DNA of 60,628 nt, the filler included, from Dirinaria sp. TL-2023a (Eukaryota): the NCBI GenBank assembly GCA_051941275.1. It is 2 parts of 2 records of this genome, joined end to end, with 100 filler letters (N's around TTAATTAATTAA, not from the genome) between each part and the next. Parts side by side here need not be neighbours in the genome. Positions count along the whole stretch, not along the records: positions 1 to 30,264 come from JAVEBF010000103.1; 1 more part is not named here. One strand, given 5' to 3'. The notes under the pieces were generated by a model, which was not told the DNA's origin, did no database searches, and saw nothing but the letters and a program-made list of their open reading frames with translations. Of this stretch, positions 1 to 10,792 are shown in pieces. The translations under genes were made by a program, and so were the position numbers. Within the stretch, counting starts at the first letter, position 1; the number at the start of each line of letters is the position of its first letter.

Positions 1-126
1 GGATCTATGCGAGATCTATATACTTATATCGGCGGCACGTTAGCGCTGCGTCGACTCTTTCTTTGTTACGTGCAGTTTTCTTTATTCATAATACTAGAAA
101 ATCCTCCATGCGAGGACTCTATGAGT

Positions 127-385
127 CTAAGGATTCGAAGGAAAAGCAGTCGCCTGAAATTGACTGAGTAGATCAGTGAATAAAATTATGCGTATCGTCG
201 CTGTGACATCAGCGACGCTATCGAGCAGCTTCCTCACATCTGTAATGTTATTCGTTCTTCTTTGCATCTCTAGTCTCTTCTGCCTCCACGTAGAACACGT
301 TAGTAGCACGTGTCTGACTGTTATGCGATCTTGTTCGCAGTCGCAGATCTCTGTGATCACTTCAGAAACGAGTCGCTGTTACGAG
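127..385 (-). mobile_element. Degenerate 3' end of a Tad1-like non-LTR retrotransposon (LINE) ORF2, zinc-knuckle/C-terminal region, with RIP-like mutations
   Basis: The translation CDCEQDRITVRHVLLTC...DVRKLLDS...IRIILFTDLLSQFQA resembles the C-x-C...H-x4-C and 'TGLLGQF' C-terminus of fungal LINE ORF2. The G>D and G>S changes fit G-to-A transitions. Confidence 0.7.
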
Positions 386-432
386 CATGCATCTGATATA
401 CTATCTGAGGCAACACCTCTCAGGATTCTCAG

Positions 433-592
433 TGGTAATGCGCTAACCCGATCGGGGTGTTTACCCGACACCCTCACACGCATATATACCTGGGACCCCC
501 TATTGTATCTAGTTTTCCTTCTTCTTCCTTCCTTAGTGATAATATCTTAGTTAACTATACCTGCATTGACTTGCTCTGCATCGGTCCTAACA
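433..592. mobile_element. Putative solo LTR (160 bp)
   Basis: Runs TGGTAA...CTAACA (TG..CA termini) with an internal TATA-like catatata and a pyrimidine tract. The 5-bp flanks CTCAG and CTCGA can both derive from CTCGG by a single G>A change. Confidence 0.5.
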
Positions 593-752
593 CTCGACAC
601 GTCATCGATAAATTATATTTTTAAATAAAATAAATGAGAGCTGAGTAAATTTGCTCGACATATGAGAGTCGAGTAATTTTACTCGACATGATTTTAAAAG
701 CAGAGTAATGAGAGTAAAATAGTCGTCTGAAAACTCTGAGAGATGACATAAA

Positions 753-906
753 TGTTAGATGAGAGTGTTGGAATTCTATGTGCTGACCTCCATGTCACGT
801 GCCGGATAATGTTACCCGGCACGTGACCGACCCTTTGTATATTAAAGATGGGTCGCTCCCCCAGCTTCTAGATAGTAACTATGCGTTCTACCACCTAATT
901 TTGACA
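753..906. mobile_element. Putative solo LTR (154 bp)
   Basis: Termini TGTTA...TGACA form an inverted TGTCA with one CpA>TpA change. The 5-bp flanks ATAAA (748-752) and ATGAA (907-911) differ by one TpG>TpA change. Contains a TATA-like gtatattaaa and a 34-bp palindrome at 794-827. Confidence 0.6.
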
Positions 907-1740
907 ATGAAGATAAGTCTTATCATCACATCAAAATTTGATGATGATTTGCTCAAATAGGTCTAGCGGCTGCTTTAGTAGCTTTAGTGTATGAGGTGTA
1001 ACAATAGAAAGTGGTTTTGGGGGGTCCCGTTGCGATAGGGAAGGGGAGCGTGAACGTAGCGGGAGCCTTATCATACGCATCAACGACTTGCCGATTTGTG
1101 CTTTGGTATCCGCTTGGTGTTGTTACTAGTCTGTGTACTAAGGTTTCCCAGGGCATTACCGATTTTACATTTGCCTGAATGCGTTGGATAATTTGCCTTA
1201 CAGGTTACCAACATTATTAGCGCTGGGAGAATATTCAGCAATTGCCGTACAAATTGACCAGTGTGTATAGTGGTATGTACCCCCCTGATCTTGGGATTGC
1301 GCCTGCGCAGTATCCCTGTCTACACTCAGTTCGCCAGGACTTTTGGCGTCGTTCTCCGTGTACTCCCTCAGTCGCACTCGAGGCAAGCTACTTCCGAATA
1401 CCTCTACATAGGTGTGATTTCCGATGGAAATTTCTCTACCGAGTTATGGAATAGTAGCCCTGGCCCAAACCATGCCTCGGCATCATGGGGGTTGGAGGGG
1501 TACGACATTGAGGGGTGACGGGAACTTTCTCATGTGACTGTAAGCAACATGCTGTGCCGCGGGCGATCTGCACAGAAGGCTGACATTGGAGACGGTAGAA
1601 CCTTCGTAAGAGAAGATGATCTTGCAACCTACTTACCCGTACAAACTCGGTGTGCGAGCCCCAGGAGCCCCAGGCGCCCCATTGAACTCATCGAGTAGCG
1701 CTCGATTCTTTAAGTTCCAAACAACCGACCCATTACCACC

Positions 1741-3594
1741 ATGACAGACACGGCCGAAAAGATATCCACGGACTCTCACGATGAGAAGAGCATGGCTCAG
1801 GCTCCAGAGCCTGAGCTGGCTGACCGTCGTCGGTCGGTCGCTCTCAACATCGTTGAGAACCCTTTAAAGCGCAGCTCCCCTCAGCAGACCATCGATAATG
1901 CCCGTGCTTACGCCGAGTCGCATGGAATGGCCGAGCACGCTGCTCTTTTCGGTCGGGCTGCTCTCGTCGCACGAGACCCTGAAAGATTCGAGATAGTTAC
2001 TGAGCTTGAAGAACATGAGCGCCGTGCGCTTTCATACGAAAGGGAGCACAAATGGCACGGCCCTATTATGCTTTGGTATTCGATCTCTCTCTGTGCAGTC
2101 GGAGCCGCCACGCAAGGGTGGGACCAGACTGGATCCAACGGTGCCAATTTGAGTTTTCCTCAGGATTTTGGTCTTACCGGTAAAGGGCGAGACGAATGGA
2201 TTGTGGGAGTTATCAATGCGATCATTTTCTTGACAGCTGGGCTTATTGGTGCTTGGATCGTTGACCCACTCAACTACTATTTTGCCAGGAGAGGCGAAAT
2301 TTTCATAACTGCGTGCTGCCTCACTGCTACTCCGATTGGTTCCGCTTTTGCAAAGTCATGGCAAGGACTGTTTGCTGCGCGCTTTGTTCTAGGTATCGGC
2401 ATTGGTGCAAAGAACGCCACGGTCCCCATCTATTCTGCCGAGATGGCCCCTGCTCGAATTCGAGGTGCCCTAGTCATGTTCTGGCAGCTTTGGGTCGTGG
2501 CTGGTATCTTCTTGGGCTTGTGCGCCAACGTTATAGTCAAGGACGTTCATCGAATTTCTTGGCGCCTCCAACTCGGTTCAGCATTTATTCCGTCTTTCAT
2601 CCTCGGCTGTGGTATATGGTTTTGCCCCGAGTCGCCTCGTTGGCTCATGAAGCACGGCCAGCACGCTAAAGGATTTAGATCAATGTTACGCTTGCGATCT
2701 AATCCCATCATTGCCGCAAGGGACTTCTACTACTCATACATTATTTATGAAGAGGAACTCAGAGAAGCTCGTGGCGCCGGCTACTTTTCCCGTCTATATG
2801 ACTGTTTCGCCGTGCCTAGAATCAGGCGAGCTAACTATGGCGCCTCCACTGTCATGATCGCTCAGCAGATGTGCGGTATCAACATCATCTCTTTTTACAG
2901 CTCGACTATTTTCGAAAATGCCGGTTACACGCCGGTCCAGGCCTTGTACGCGTCTCTGGGTTATGGTGCTATTCAAGTCCTGGCTACTATCCCTACCTTG
3001 TTCCTGATCGATACTAAGGGTCGAAGAACACTCACTTTGATTACCTTCCCCCTCATGTGCATCTTCCTGTTAGCCGCTGGCCTATCTTTACTAAAGAAAA
3101 CGGGTACCAAGGGCGAAAAGATCGGACCAGTAGCCTTGTTCATCTACCTCTTTACTATCTGCTACTCTTTGGGTGAAGGACCAGTCGCTTTCCAGTACTC
3201 TGCCGAAGTGTTCCCTACCATTCAGCGAGAGCAAGGAATGGCTTGGGCCGTTTGCATAAATAACACTTTCGCAGGTGTCCTTAGTGTGACTTTCCTTCGG
3301 ATGCGGACCGTCATGACTCCAACTGGAGCTTTCGGCTTCTATGCTGGTCTCAACCTTGTCGCCTGGGTTATGATCTTCTGTTTTGTCAGAGAGACTAAGC
3401 AGCTCACTCTGGAAGAGTTGGACCAGGTCTTCTCGGTCCCAACAAAAAGTTTCATCTCACATGAGTTGACTGTGTGGCTTCCTTACTTCATCAAGCGACA
3501 CATCTTACGACAAAACATAGCAAAGCCACCACAAATCATTGAGAAGGAAGAGAAAGTCGAGGATATCCTTGTGGAGAAGCCAAAGGGCAGATGA
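1741..3594 (+). CDS. MFS sugar porter family transporter (sugar/polyol:H+ symporter), intronless, 617 aa
   Basis: About 12 hydrophobic segments plus sugar-porter motifs QGWDQ, YSAEMAPARIRG, PESPRWL, QQMCGINIISFYS, IDTKGRR and ETKQLTLEELD. Confidence 0.95.
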   Translation: MTDTAEKISTDSHDEKSMAQAPEPELADRRRSVALNIVENPLKRSSPQQTIDNARAYAESHGMAEHAALFGRAALVARDPERFEIVTELEEHERRALSYEREHKWHGPIMLWYSISLCAVGAATQGWDQTGSNGANLSFPQDFGLTGKGRDEWIVGVINAIIFLTAGLIGAWIVDPLNYYFARRGEIFITACCLTATPIGSAFAKSWQGLFAARFVLGIGIGAKNATVPIYSAEMAPARIRGALVMFWQLWVVAGIFLGLCANVIVKDVHRISWRLQLGSAFIPSFILGCGIWFCPESPRWLMKHGQHAKGFRSMLRLRSNPIIAARDFYYSYIIYEEELREARGAGYFSRLYDCFAVPRIRRANYGASTVMIAQQMCGINIISFYSSTIFENAGYTPVQALYASLGYGAIQVLATIPTLFLIDTKGRRTLTLITFPLMCIFLLAAGLSLLKKTGTKGEKIGPVALFIYLFTICYSLGEGPVAFQYSAEVFPTIQREQGMAWAVCINNTFAGVLSVTFLRMRTVMTPTGAFGFYAGLNLVAWVMIFCFVRETKQLTLEELDQVFSVPTKSFISHELTVWLPYFIKRHILRQNIAKPPQIIEKEEKVEDILVEKPKGR

Positions 3595-6233
3595 ACAAAG
3601 CTTCTGGAGGACATTCGGACCCTCCATAAGCTGTGTCACTTGATGCCCCACCCCAAGTTTATCGGTGGAGGTAATTTTGGCAGCCAACACCCTCTGCTTC
3701 ACACCACGGTCATTACTGGGCTCCCTCCCATTTAAATACTGCCAGTATGCTCGCGTCATCATTGCACATTGTTGCCCAAGTGTACTCTACATAAACCACA
3801 CTCATTATTGCCACGAGATGCACGATTGCGCGAGACGCTTATTCGCAATTGATCTGTTGAGACATAGCTTCTGAAGCGATATTACAACTGAAGCAGGATA
3901 TGTGTCTGCTGTATGGCAATTAGTATCAAGTAAGTATTACCTATAGGTAAGGTAGGTATGGTAATGTAAGTTCAGGTAATTCTCCAAAGTGGGTGAAGGG
4001 CCTTGTGGGGCTCCAGTATGACCCTATCAGAACCCCTGAGCGTGAATCCCGCCCTCGAGCGGGATAACATTTTTGAGCGCTAGGTAAATCATGCCGAGCT
4101 TTCGACAAATACGCTGCACCGCCCGACATTGATACTGGCACCCCAAAAGTCCGAGCCTCAGCTGGAGCAGACTTAAGTAGAAGGGCAGCCACAAGTTCTC
4201 GGCATCCAGGATCCGCTGTTGTAGTGTTTCGTCTCATTGTTCTGATGCAGTGAACAAAATGAGCTGTTTGGACTCTACAAAATGCGAAGAAAGGAGCTGC
4301 AAGCTCTTTTCATAATAATGTGGACCATTTCCTAATTATGGCTGACTAGCAGGTAAGAATTCAAGATTTACTCAAACTTCTAATGTGATATCGGCCTGCT
4401 TTTCGTAATCTATGCCACGTTAAATAGCTGCAGTACAGCTACAGCAATACTGTTCCTAGTGATGGACTTTTCCCCCAGTTTCGAGTCATTGAATATATCA
4501 TCTACCTGTCGCACAACGAGAATGAGGCTCAAACCTTTTGACAGATAAAGTCTTCCAGCTCGACTGACTAATGTAATGAGGCAGAGCTCAAAATTAGCCT
4601 TTTAACCTCCAATTGTACGCATCATTCCGAGCCATCAGAACTTCGGTCCTTAACAGACACTTGATGCCAGCTTCGTCATCAGCCATAGTCATTGTCCAAC
4701 CGATCAAGAGCTTTCTCTACGAGTAGAATCATACGTAGCTAGCTCAGTAGTATCACATGTTCCTGTATTCCTGTGTAAGCTCGCGGCGTACGCGTCTCTC
4801 ATTTCTGTGATTATTACGCTTAATCTACATATTATAAAGGAATACCTTTCACAGCCCCTAGAGCGTCAATGCTTACCCATGCATTATATTAAAAAAAAAT
4901 GATGAATACTCGACTGTTCGAGACATCGCATTTGATCCTTATATATGGCTATCAGCCGAGGTATCGAATTAAGATTTTCAGCTTCGCATACATATCTTGC
5001 AGGATCTAAAACCTCCAAGCTAAGGTACATAAAACCGGTGATGCAGATACGAATTTTGCATGAGAATTAGTACGACGACATTCCTGGACGAACTCAATCC
5101 ATAGACAACTTGGCGTAATGCCCAGCTTCCAGAACAGGTCTGGGAATTGACGTTTGGAAGCTGCTCCGAACAAGCGGAAGAAGACTTGAGAACACCTCAT
5201 GTGGAAATACCTATTTGGCCTAATCGAAGAAAGATCGATTCAGGTACCCTACGACGATATCGGATTAAAGGGATCCAAATGTAATTTGTCTATCATCGTG
5301 CAGATTTCTCTGTCATGCATCGTTCAACTGGGACCAGAAAAGCCCCGAATGCGGTGTGCAAGCAACTACAGAAAGCCCAGCATTCTATCTCAGGCGCGCA
5401 CTCTAGTTAATGGAGGCCTTGGATCCTCGTCCGAATACTTCTCGTCCCCTCCGCCTATCGGTCAATGACAGCCCAAAATAACCATTGGAAATACAGTACG
5501 TGTTCCCTGGTACGAAAAAGGCTTCCCACCACTGATGGATCTAAATCACTAAGTTCGCTAGTAACGCGCTCCATTTTCTTTGCTCTGGGAGCTCAAGCAA
5601 GCCCGCTCGATGAATGTCCAATAGGCTGACTTCCAGTGGGTTTACAACGCGGCTGCAACCCAAGGTAACTTCCATATCTGAGGTCTCGAATGAACGGCTA
5701 CATGTCAGCTGATTTTGAAAAGCTGAATTTGGTAAGTATTAGCGAATAATTAAATGCTCATCGCGTCAGCTGCTGATGCTCGTTTCCAATCGCTCGAGTC
5801 TGTCAGCAAGTCTATTCAGCCACAGTGTTACTTCCAATACTCGGTAGCAACTTGCCGACAATAATTTATTATACAGTCTTCTAACCTTAGCGGAGCTAAC
5901 CTCTTCTTGCTACTTTCTCACAAACAGAATGTTGCGCTTTACGAGCACCCTTGCTTGCATGAATCACACGACACCTGCAGAGTAACGCCAATAGTATAGT
6001 CTTTGACGCCGCGGAGCCTTTCTGGGTGCAGTCGTACGTAAACATGTCACAGCCACCGCCAGAATACGAGAAGTCTGCTGGGCTCAGTCACAATAATAGC
6101 GCAATTGTAGGAATAGTGCGGGTCTCTAGCTGCACATGCTCAACGCAAATTGCTTTTAGTATTTCTATCACCTCATTCTACTGCAATTATCATCTCTTTC
6201 GTAAAACTTGTCACAAGAACGACCTTACATGTC

Positions 6234-7907
6234 ATGATGTTCTCCATCTTATCCTCCCTGTCCTTGCATGCACTTTTTGTCGTACACTTATTTGCGTCTC
6301 CTGTCCCATTAGCTGAAAGTCTTTATGACGTGATAGTCGTCGGGTCTGGGCCTGCAGGAGTCATCACAGCGAGCCGCCTTAGTGAGAACCCAGCAAGAAA
6401 CGTGCTTCTCTTAGAGGGAGGTGGGCCATCCTATTGGGTCACTGGAGGTACCGAAAGACCTCAATGGCTGGCAGGGACAAATTTATCGCGTGTTGACGTC
6501 CCTGGACTATACTCGTCAATTTATACAAATCCTTCCAACAGCTTGCTCTGCCAGAATAAGATTCAAGCTTACGGTGCTTGCACTATCGGCGGTAATAGTG
6601 CGATCAACGCTGGCCTCTTTTACGAGCCGCCAGCATCGGATTTCGATAAGTATTTTCCAGCAGGCTGGAAGCACATCGATCTGACCCCTTCGATTACCCG
6701 GTTGTATAACACTCAGCCATCGACGAATAATCCGTCCAAAGACGGCATTTACTATGAGCAATCAGGATATACCGTGGCGAAGAAATGGCTCGTTACCAAG
6801 GCTGGCTATACTGAAGTAAACATCAATTCCGAATCTAGCAGCAAAACGAAAGTATTTGGCCATCCTGCATATGACTATCAAAATGGCCAACGCGGCGGGC
6901 CGGTCGTTAGCTATCTGCAGACAGCATTGAAACGGTCCAACTTTCGCTTGCAAAGCGGCGCCTGGGTTCAGCGTATCCTTCAAACTAAAGGAATAGCTAC
7001 GGGCGTCGCTGTCAGTATCGATGGCGTTACAACCACAATCAAGTTGTCTGCTAAAGGCAGGGTGATTGCTAGTGGCGGTGCATTGAAGTCTCCAGAACTG
7101 CTTATGAAATCTGGCATCGGAGACCCTGCGATCTTGACGAGTCTGTCAACAGCGAATCAGCTCGGTGGACTTCCCTCATCTTCATGGGTCAATAATACCG
7201 CTGTTGGCGTTGGGCTCTTCGATAATCCTAACACTTTCATCGAGTTGTCCAGTTCATCGCTTCAAGCGTACAATTACTCCTATGACAGTCCCATACCCGC
7301 TGACAGAGATCTCTACCTTACGAAGAAGTCTGGCCCATATTCGTTTGCCGGCGGAAGCTGTTCTTTCTGGGATACTATACAGCACAACGATGGCACAGTC
7401 GCAGGTGTGCAAGGAGGGCTAGGTGCCGCCGGCTACAAGGATTACACGAATGCCAACACCGTCACCCTAAATGTCTACGGCACTTCAGGCCTCAAATCCT
7501 CTGGCAAAGTGACACTATCTGGCTCGAATTATCTCCCTGGTCCTTCGGGGGACGTCTACTACAGCAACCCTCAAGACGCCCAGGATATTGCGACGTTTAT
7601 CAGGCGCCTCTTTGATGCCTTGCCCGGGACCGGTCTCACACCGCTGAATCTCAATCAAGCTGCCAGCGTGTCCGATATCGTCAAGTATATCACTTCGTAC
7701 ACAGCATATACAAGGGGACAGGTGAACCATTGGTCCAGCTCCTGCAGGATTGGAGCGTGCGTTGATGTCAATACCACCGTGAGAGGGACGAAGAACGTGC
7801 ATGTGGTTGATGCCTCAATTGTGGCGCCGCTGACAGTCAATCCGCAAATGGGCGTCATGATCGCAGCTGAGAGAGCTTGGGAGTTAATCAATAAGTTGAT
7901 GAACTGA
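6234..7907 (+). CDS. Secreted GMC oxidoreductase, cellobiose dehydrogenase-like (AA3_1) flavin domain only
   Basis: The ATG at 6234 gives a signal peptide (MMFSILSSLSLHALFVVHLFASP). FAD motif YDVIVVGSGPAG follows. CDH-like motifs include LLEGGGPS, LSRVDVPGL, GGNSAINAGL and NGQRGGPV, with the catalytic His (VNHWSSSC) and Asn (TVNP). Confidence 0.88.
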   Translation: MMFSILSSLSLHALFVVHLFASPVPLAESLYDVIVVGSGPAGVITASRLSENPARNVLLLEGGGPSYWVTGGTERPQWLAGTNLSRVDVPGLYSSIYTNPSNSLLCQNKIQAYGACTIGGNSAINAGLFYEPPASDFDKYFPAGWKHIDLTPSITRLYNTQPSTNNPSKDGIYYEQSGYTVAKKWLVTKAGYTEVNINSESSSKTKVFGHPAYDYQNGQRGGPVVSYLQTALKRSNFRLQSGAWVQRILQTKGIATGVAVSIDGVTTTIKLSAKGRVIASGGALKSPELLMKSGIGDPAILTSLSTANQLGGLPSSSWVNNTAVGVGLFDNPNTFIELSSSSLQAYNYSYDSPIPADRDLYLTKKSGPYSFAGGSCSFWDTIQHNDGTVAGVQGGLGAAGYKDYTNANTVTLNVYGTSGLKSSGKVTLSGSNYLPGPSGDVYYSNPQDAQDIATFIRRLFDALPGTGLTPLNLNQAASVSDIVKYITSYTAYTRGQVNHWSSSCRIGACVDVNTTVRGTKNVHVVDASIVAPLTVNPQMGVMIAAERAWELINKLMN

Positions 7908-8038
7908 CTTCGGCGGTCATGGACTTGATTCAAACGGAAGTTGATTGTCTTACTTGAAGGGGGATATACACGAGGGGCTGAGGTACTTGCGTTCTTTAAG
8001 GTACTTTCTTGATTCACCTAAGTAAGACCTAACTTCTA

Positions 8039-8413
8039 TGTTAGGGTTAGGGTTTCATAGTGACTAATTTCACCTCACAAAAATGTCTTTCAGCATCACC
8101 AAATAACCTGCTGCTTCTGACTGTTTAAGATGCATCAATTTAAGAGGTCATCATCGATCTGAGAACAACTATGATTATCGGGATAGTTATTGAGGCAGTC
8201 TGTGCGAAAATAGCATGATATTGCTTTTGTGGTAGTGCAATGACCATCTATTTCATTTGCTATAGATTCTGAGCATTTGGAAAGATGCATTTCTAAATTA
8301 TCTCTTTAATCCATGGATCTAGGACAATTGAAAGCAGTAGATTACTTGGTGGCGGTGGTGGTAGAAGGCATTTTGATGGGGTGAAAATATTCTCCGTAGC
8401 CCTAACCCTAACA
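8039..8413. mobile_element. Non-autonomous foldback/MITE-like element with ~110-bp diverged inverted arms ending in telomere-like repeats
   Basis: Perfect 14-bp inverted termini TGTTAGGGTTAGGG (8039-8052) and CCCTAACCCTAACA (8400-8413). The arms stay alignable inward (tttcacctcacaaaaatgtcttt vs tttcaccccatcaaaatgccttc; accaaataacctgctgctt vs accaagtaatctactgctt). No clear TSD. Confidence 0.7.
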
Positions 8414-9067
8414 GGCAAGTACCTTACTTACCTTACCTTAGGTATGAGGATCGTGAGCTAGCGGCCCTGCTGCATCGGAAAGCTAACTACGCTTTGATAG
8501 TCAGATTTCGATCAAGAAGCCTGATCTGAAACGAGGAGTTGCCATCGCTTACTAGATGCACCTCTTTGGCTTTGAAAAAAATCGCTTGGGAGCAATAAGT
8601 CTTGGGGTCTCTGATTAATTTTCGTGGCCGTAGACCTAGACTATCGCAGAACGCGCGATGTTCTCTGTGAGCAGCGACGCAAATGCCATATTCGATGTCG
8701 ATGCATGTACACTATTTTCCATGTGTATGCAAAGCAGATAACCAGGAACTGCGTTATATGGAGAACTCATGTCAAGCGCTTGATGCTCCAGGGTTTTGGA
8801 CCGCGAAACTTTGGCTCTCTGTCGGCATGAATACAGCAAATACTCAAGAAAAGTGCTATAACGTATCTGCTGGATACAAATCCACCATGTGCTGAGTTAG
8901 CCTGGCGCCGATTCAAGGGCAATAAAAGAGACTCATTGACCAAATAAGAGGTGAACGCACCAGCTCCTTTTCTTCATTGAAGAGCGCACGTTCTGGAAAC
9001 AAAAAAAAAGATTATTCAATACAATTGAAACGGAGCCGCTGAACTTCCAGTAGCTTTTATCCAAATA

Positions 9068-9836
9068 TTAATTATTCAAATAGAATCCGGAAATTATGAG
9101 CAGAGCAATTACACCTAATTGGCCCCCCTCCCTGCCAATGCCTCTTCTAGATGCTCTACCCTTGAACACAACCACCGTAGTTGATGGTGAGGGCGTTGCA
9201 CTGACGGCTACGCTTTTATTGCTCTTTCTGACGTCCACTTTCGACGTTTCGGTACTTGCTGATGGACGCGCTGTCGCAGCGCAACCCTCGGCGTAGGCCT
9301 CGGTGACCGTCTTCCTGGGCGAATGCCTGATCTTCCTGGGATCATCGAAGTAGCCATCCGGTAATGGGAACGTCTCCCCGTTCAGACAGCGTGATTGATT
9401 GCCCCAGCCACAGTACCATTCGCTTGACAACGGACACTCCAGTACATCGGCCCAGCCGAACGGATGGTCGTTCGGGCCTGTGCAAATCTGCGAGCAGGCT
9501 GGGTCTTTGAACGTTGGGTCGGTACAGCTCTAATGGTCAATCAGCTAAAAATTCTCTTGTCACTTTTCGAACAATCAGCCGAATGAAGGGAAGAAAGCTT
9601 ACCCCTCGATGAAGCCGATTGATGTTTGCTCGCCAGCAGAGGCCATTTGAAAGGCATATGTCTTCGGGGGCACAGCAGACGCTGGCGGCGGCGTTCGGAT
9701 GGCATGGCGTGTCCCGGGTTTGAAGAATTGCTCCAGGATAGTAGCACTGGTGAGAAGGACCTGCGAGGATTTGAGAGATGCTCAAAGTGAGACCGAGCAG
9801 AATTCTGAAAAGCGCAAGGGCACCTGAGAACGACAT
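9068..9836 (-). CDS. Small Cys-rich secreted, probably GPI-anchored cell-surface protein (2 exons: 9836-9603, 9529-9068)
   Basis: Signal peptide, then a CYYP..PC..SVCC..CLSNGLC...RG|SCTD...C Cys pattern joined across a 73-nt GT-AG intron. Has an S/T-rich stalk and a hydrophobic C-terminus (LGVIALLIISGFYL). Confidence 0.8.
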
Positions 9837-10422
9837 GATAGCTACTCTACATTTAAAGAATGACAAGTGATCGGGAAGAGACCGATCAAAGAGCGTCTGA
9901 CGGGAGGAGGGAGAATAAGGTCGACGGAAGATTGGAATGAGATGACAGTAAATCGAATGAAGAAGAGCTCTAGCGAAGCAGTAGTGTACTGAGGTGAGGC
10001 TCAGCCTTCAGAAGCTTGGGTTAGCTGAAGGTCACCGCGGCACCCTTCTTGGCATGATGTTGGTACTTCTGACACAGCGCCCCCATTGCACGGGAAATGA
10101 GGCTAACGGACAGGTAATTGAAGATAGCAACAAGGAGCTCGAAATCATATATCCTTGGGAATGACTGAAAAAGGAAGTGTTGCGCGAGCAAATAATGGCA
10201 TATGAAAACTAGAGGAAGTCTCGGAGTGTATTCATACCTTATTCATACCTACTTTGGCATTATTCAGGTCAGATGGCGTATTAGATAATCCGCCCACCTG
10301 GCCCTGGCATCGAGTCACATGACTAATTGAGTCCAGAATACCTTATACACCTACAGTATTAATAAGTAGTAATGAGGGGTTGGTCGATACTCAATGTAGG
10401 ATTTTTACTCTGATAAATGGAT

Positions 10423-10792
10423 TGATTGATTGATTGATTACGTCATTAGGCACTCGGAGCCCGTCCTATCAAGACTAGCTATGCGGCCATGAGTCATACT
10501 ACCTAACCAATAAAAGCACCCCACCTTTGCTTCCTTATACCTGCTTCAAAAATGAAGCCGTGTAACCTGCAAACGCGCAGTCCTCCTGGCGGTTTGTTTA
10601 CCTATAATTTGTTGTTTTTCTTTTGAGGCGGTTTCATCCGGCACCATCGCCCCTGAACCTACCTCTTATTTCATCCTGCGGCAAGAAGTTGCCGATTCAA
10701 TGCACTCGGTGCCTATGCACCATGCCCTATATCGTTTTCTTCTATAATTGACTCCCCAAATTGGCCTAGGAGCCCTGTATCTTTCATGAAGA
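10423..10792 (-). mobile_element. 5'-truncated Tad1-like LINE insertion (370 bp) with (CAAT)n tail and 14-bp TSD
   Basis: The direct repeat TCTGATAAATGGAT occurs at 10409-10422 and 10793-10806. The minus strand reads FMKDTGLLGQFGES...GA* (LINE ORF2 C-terminus), then a 3' UTR ending in tandem CAAT (TGAT on +). Confidence 0.85.

Noticed and set aside
1198..1386. Possible pogo/Fot1 transposase N-terminus (MPRVRLREYTENDA...)
   Set aside because: Only a short resemblance. No convincing HTH/DDE continuation or TIR pair was found.
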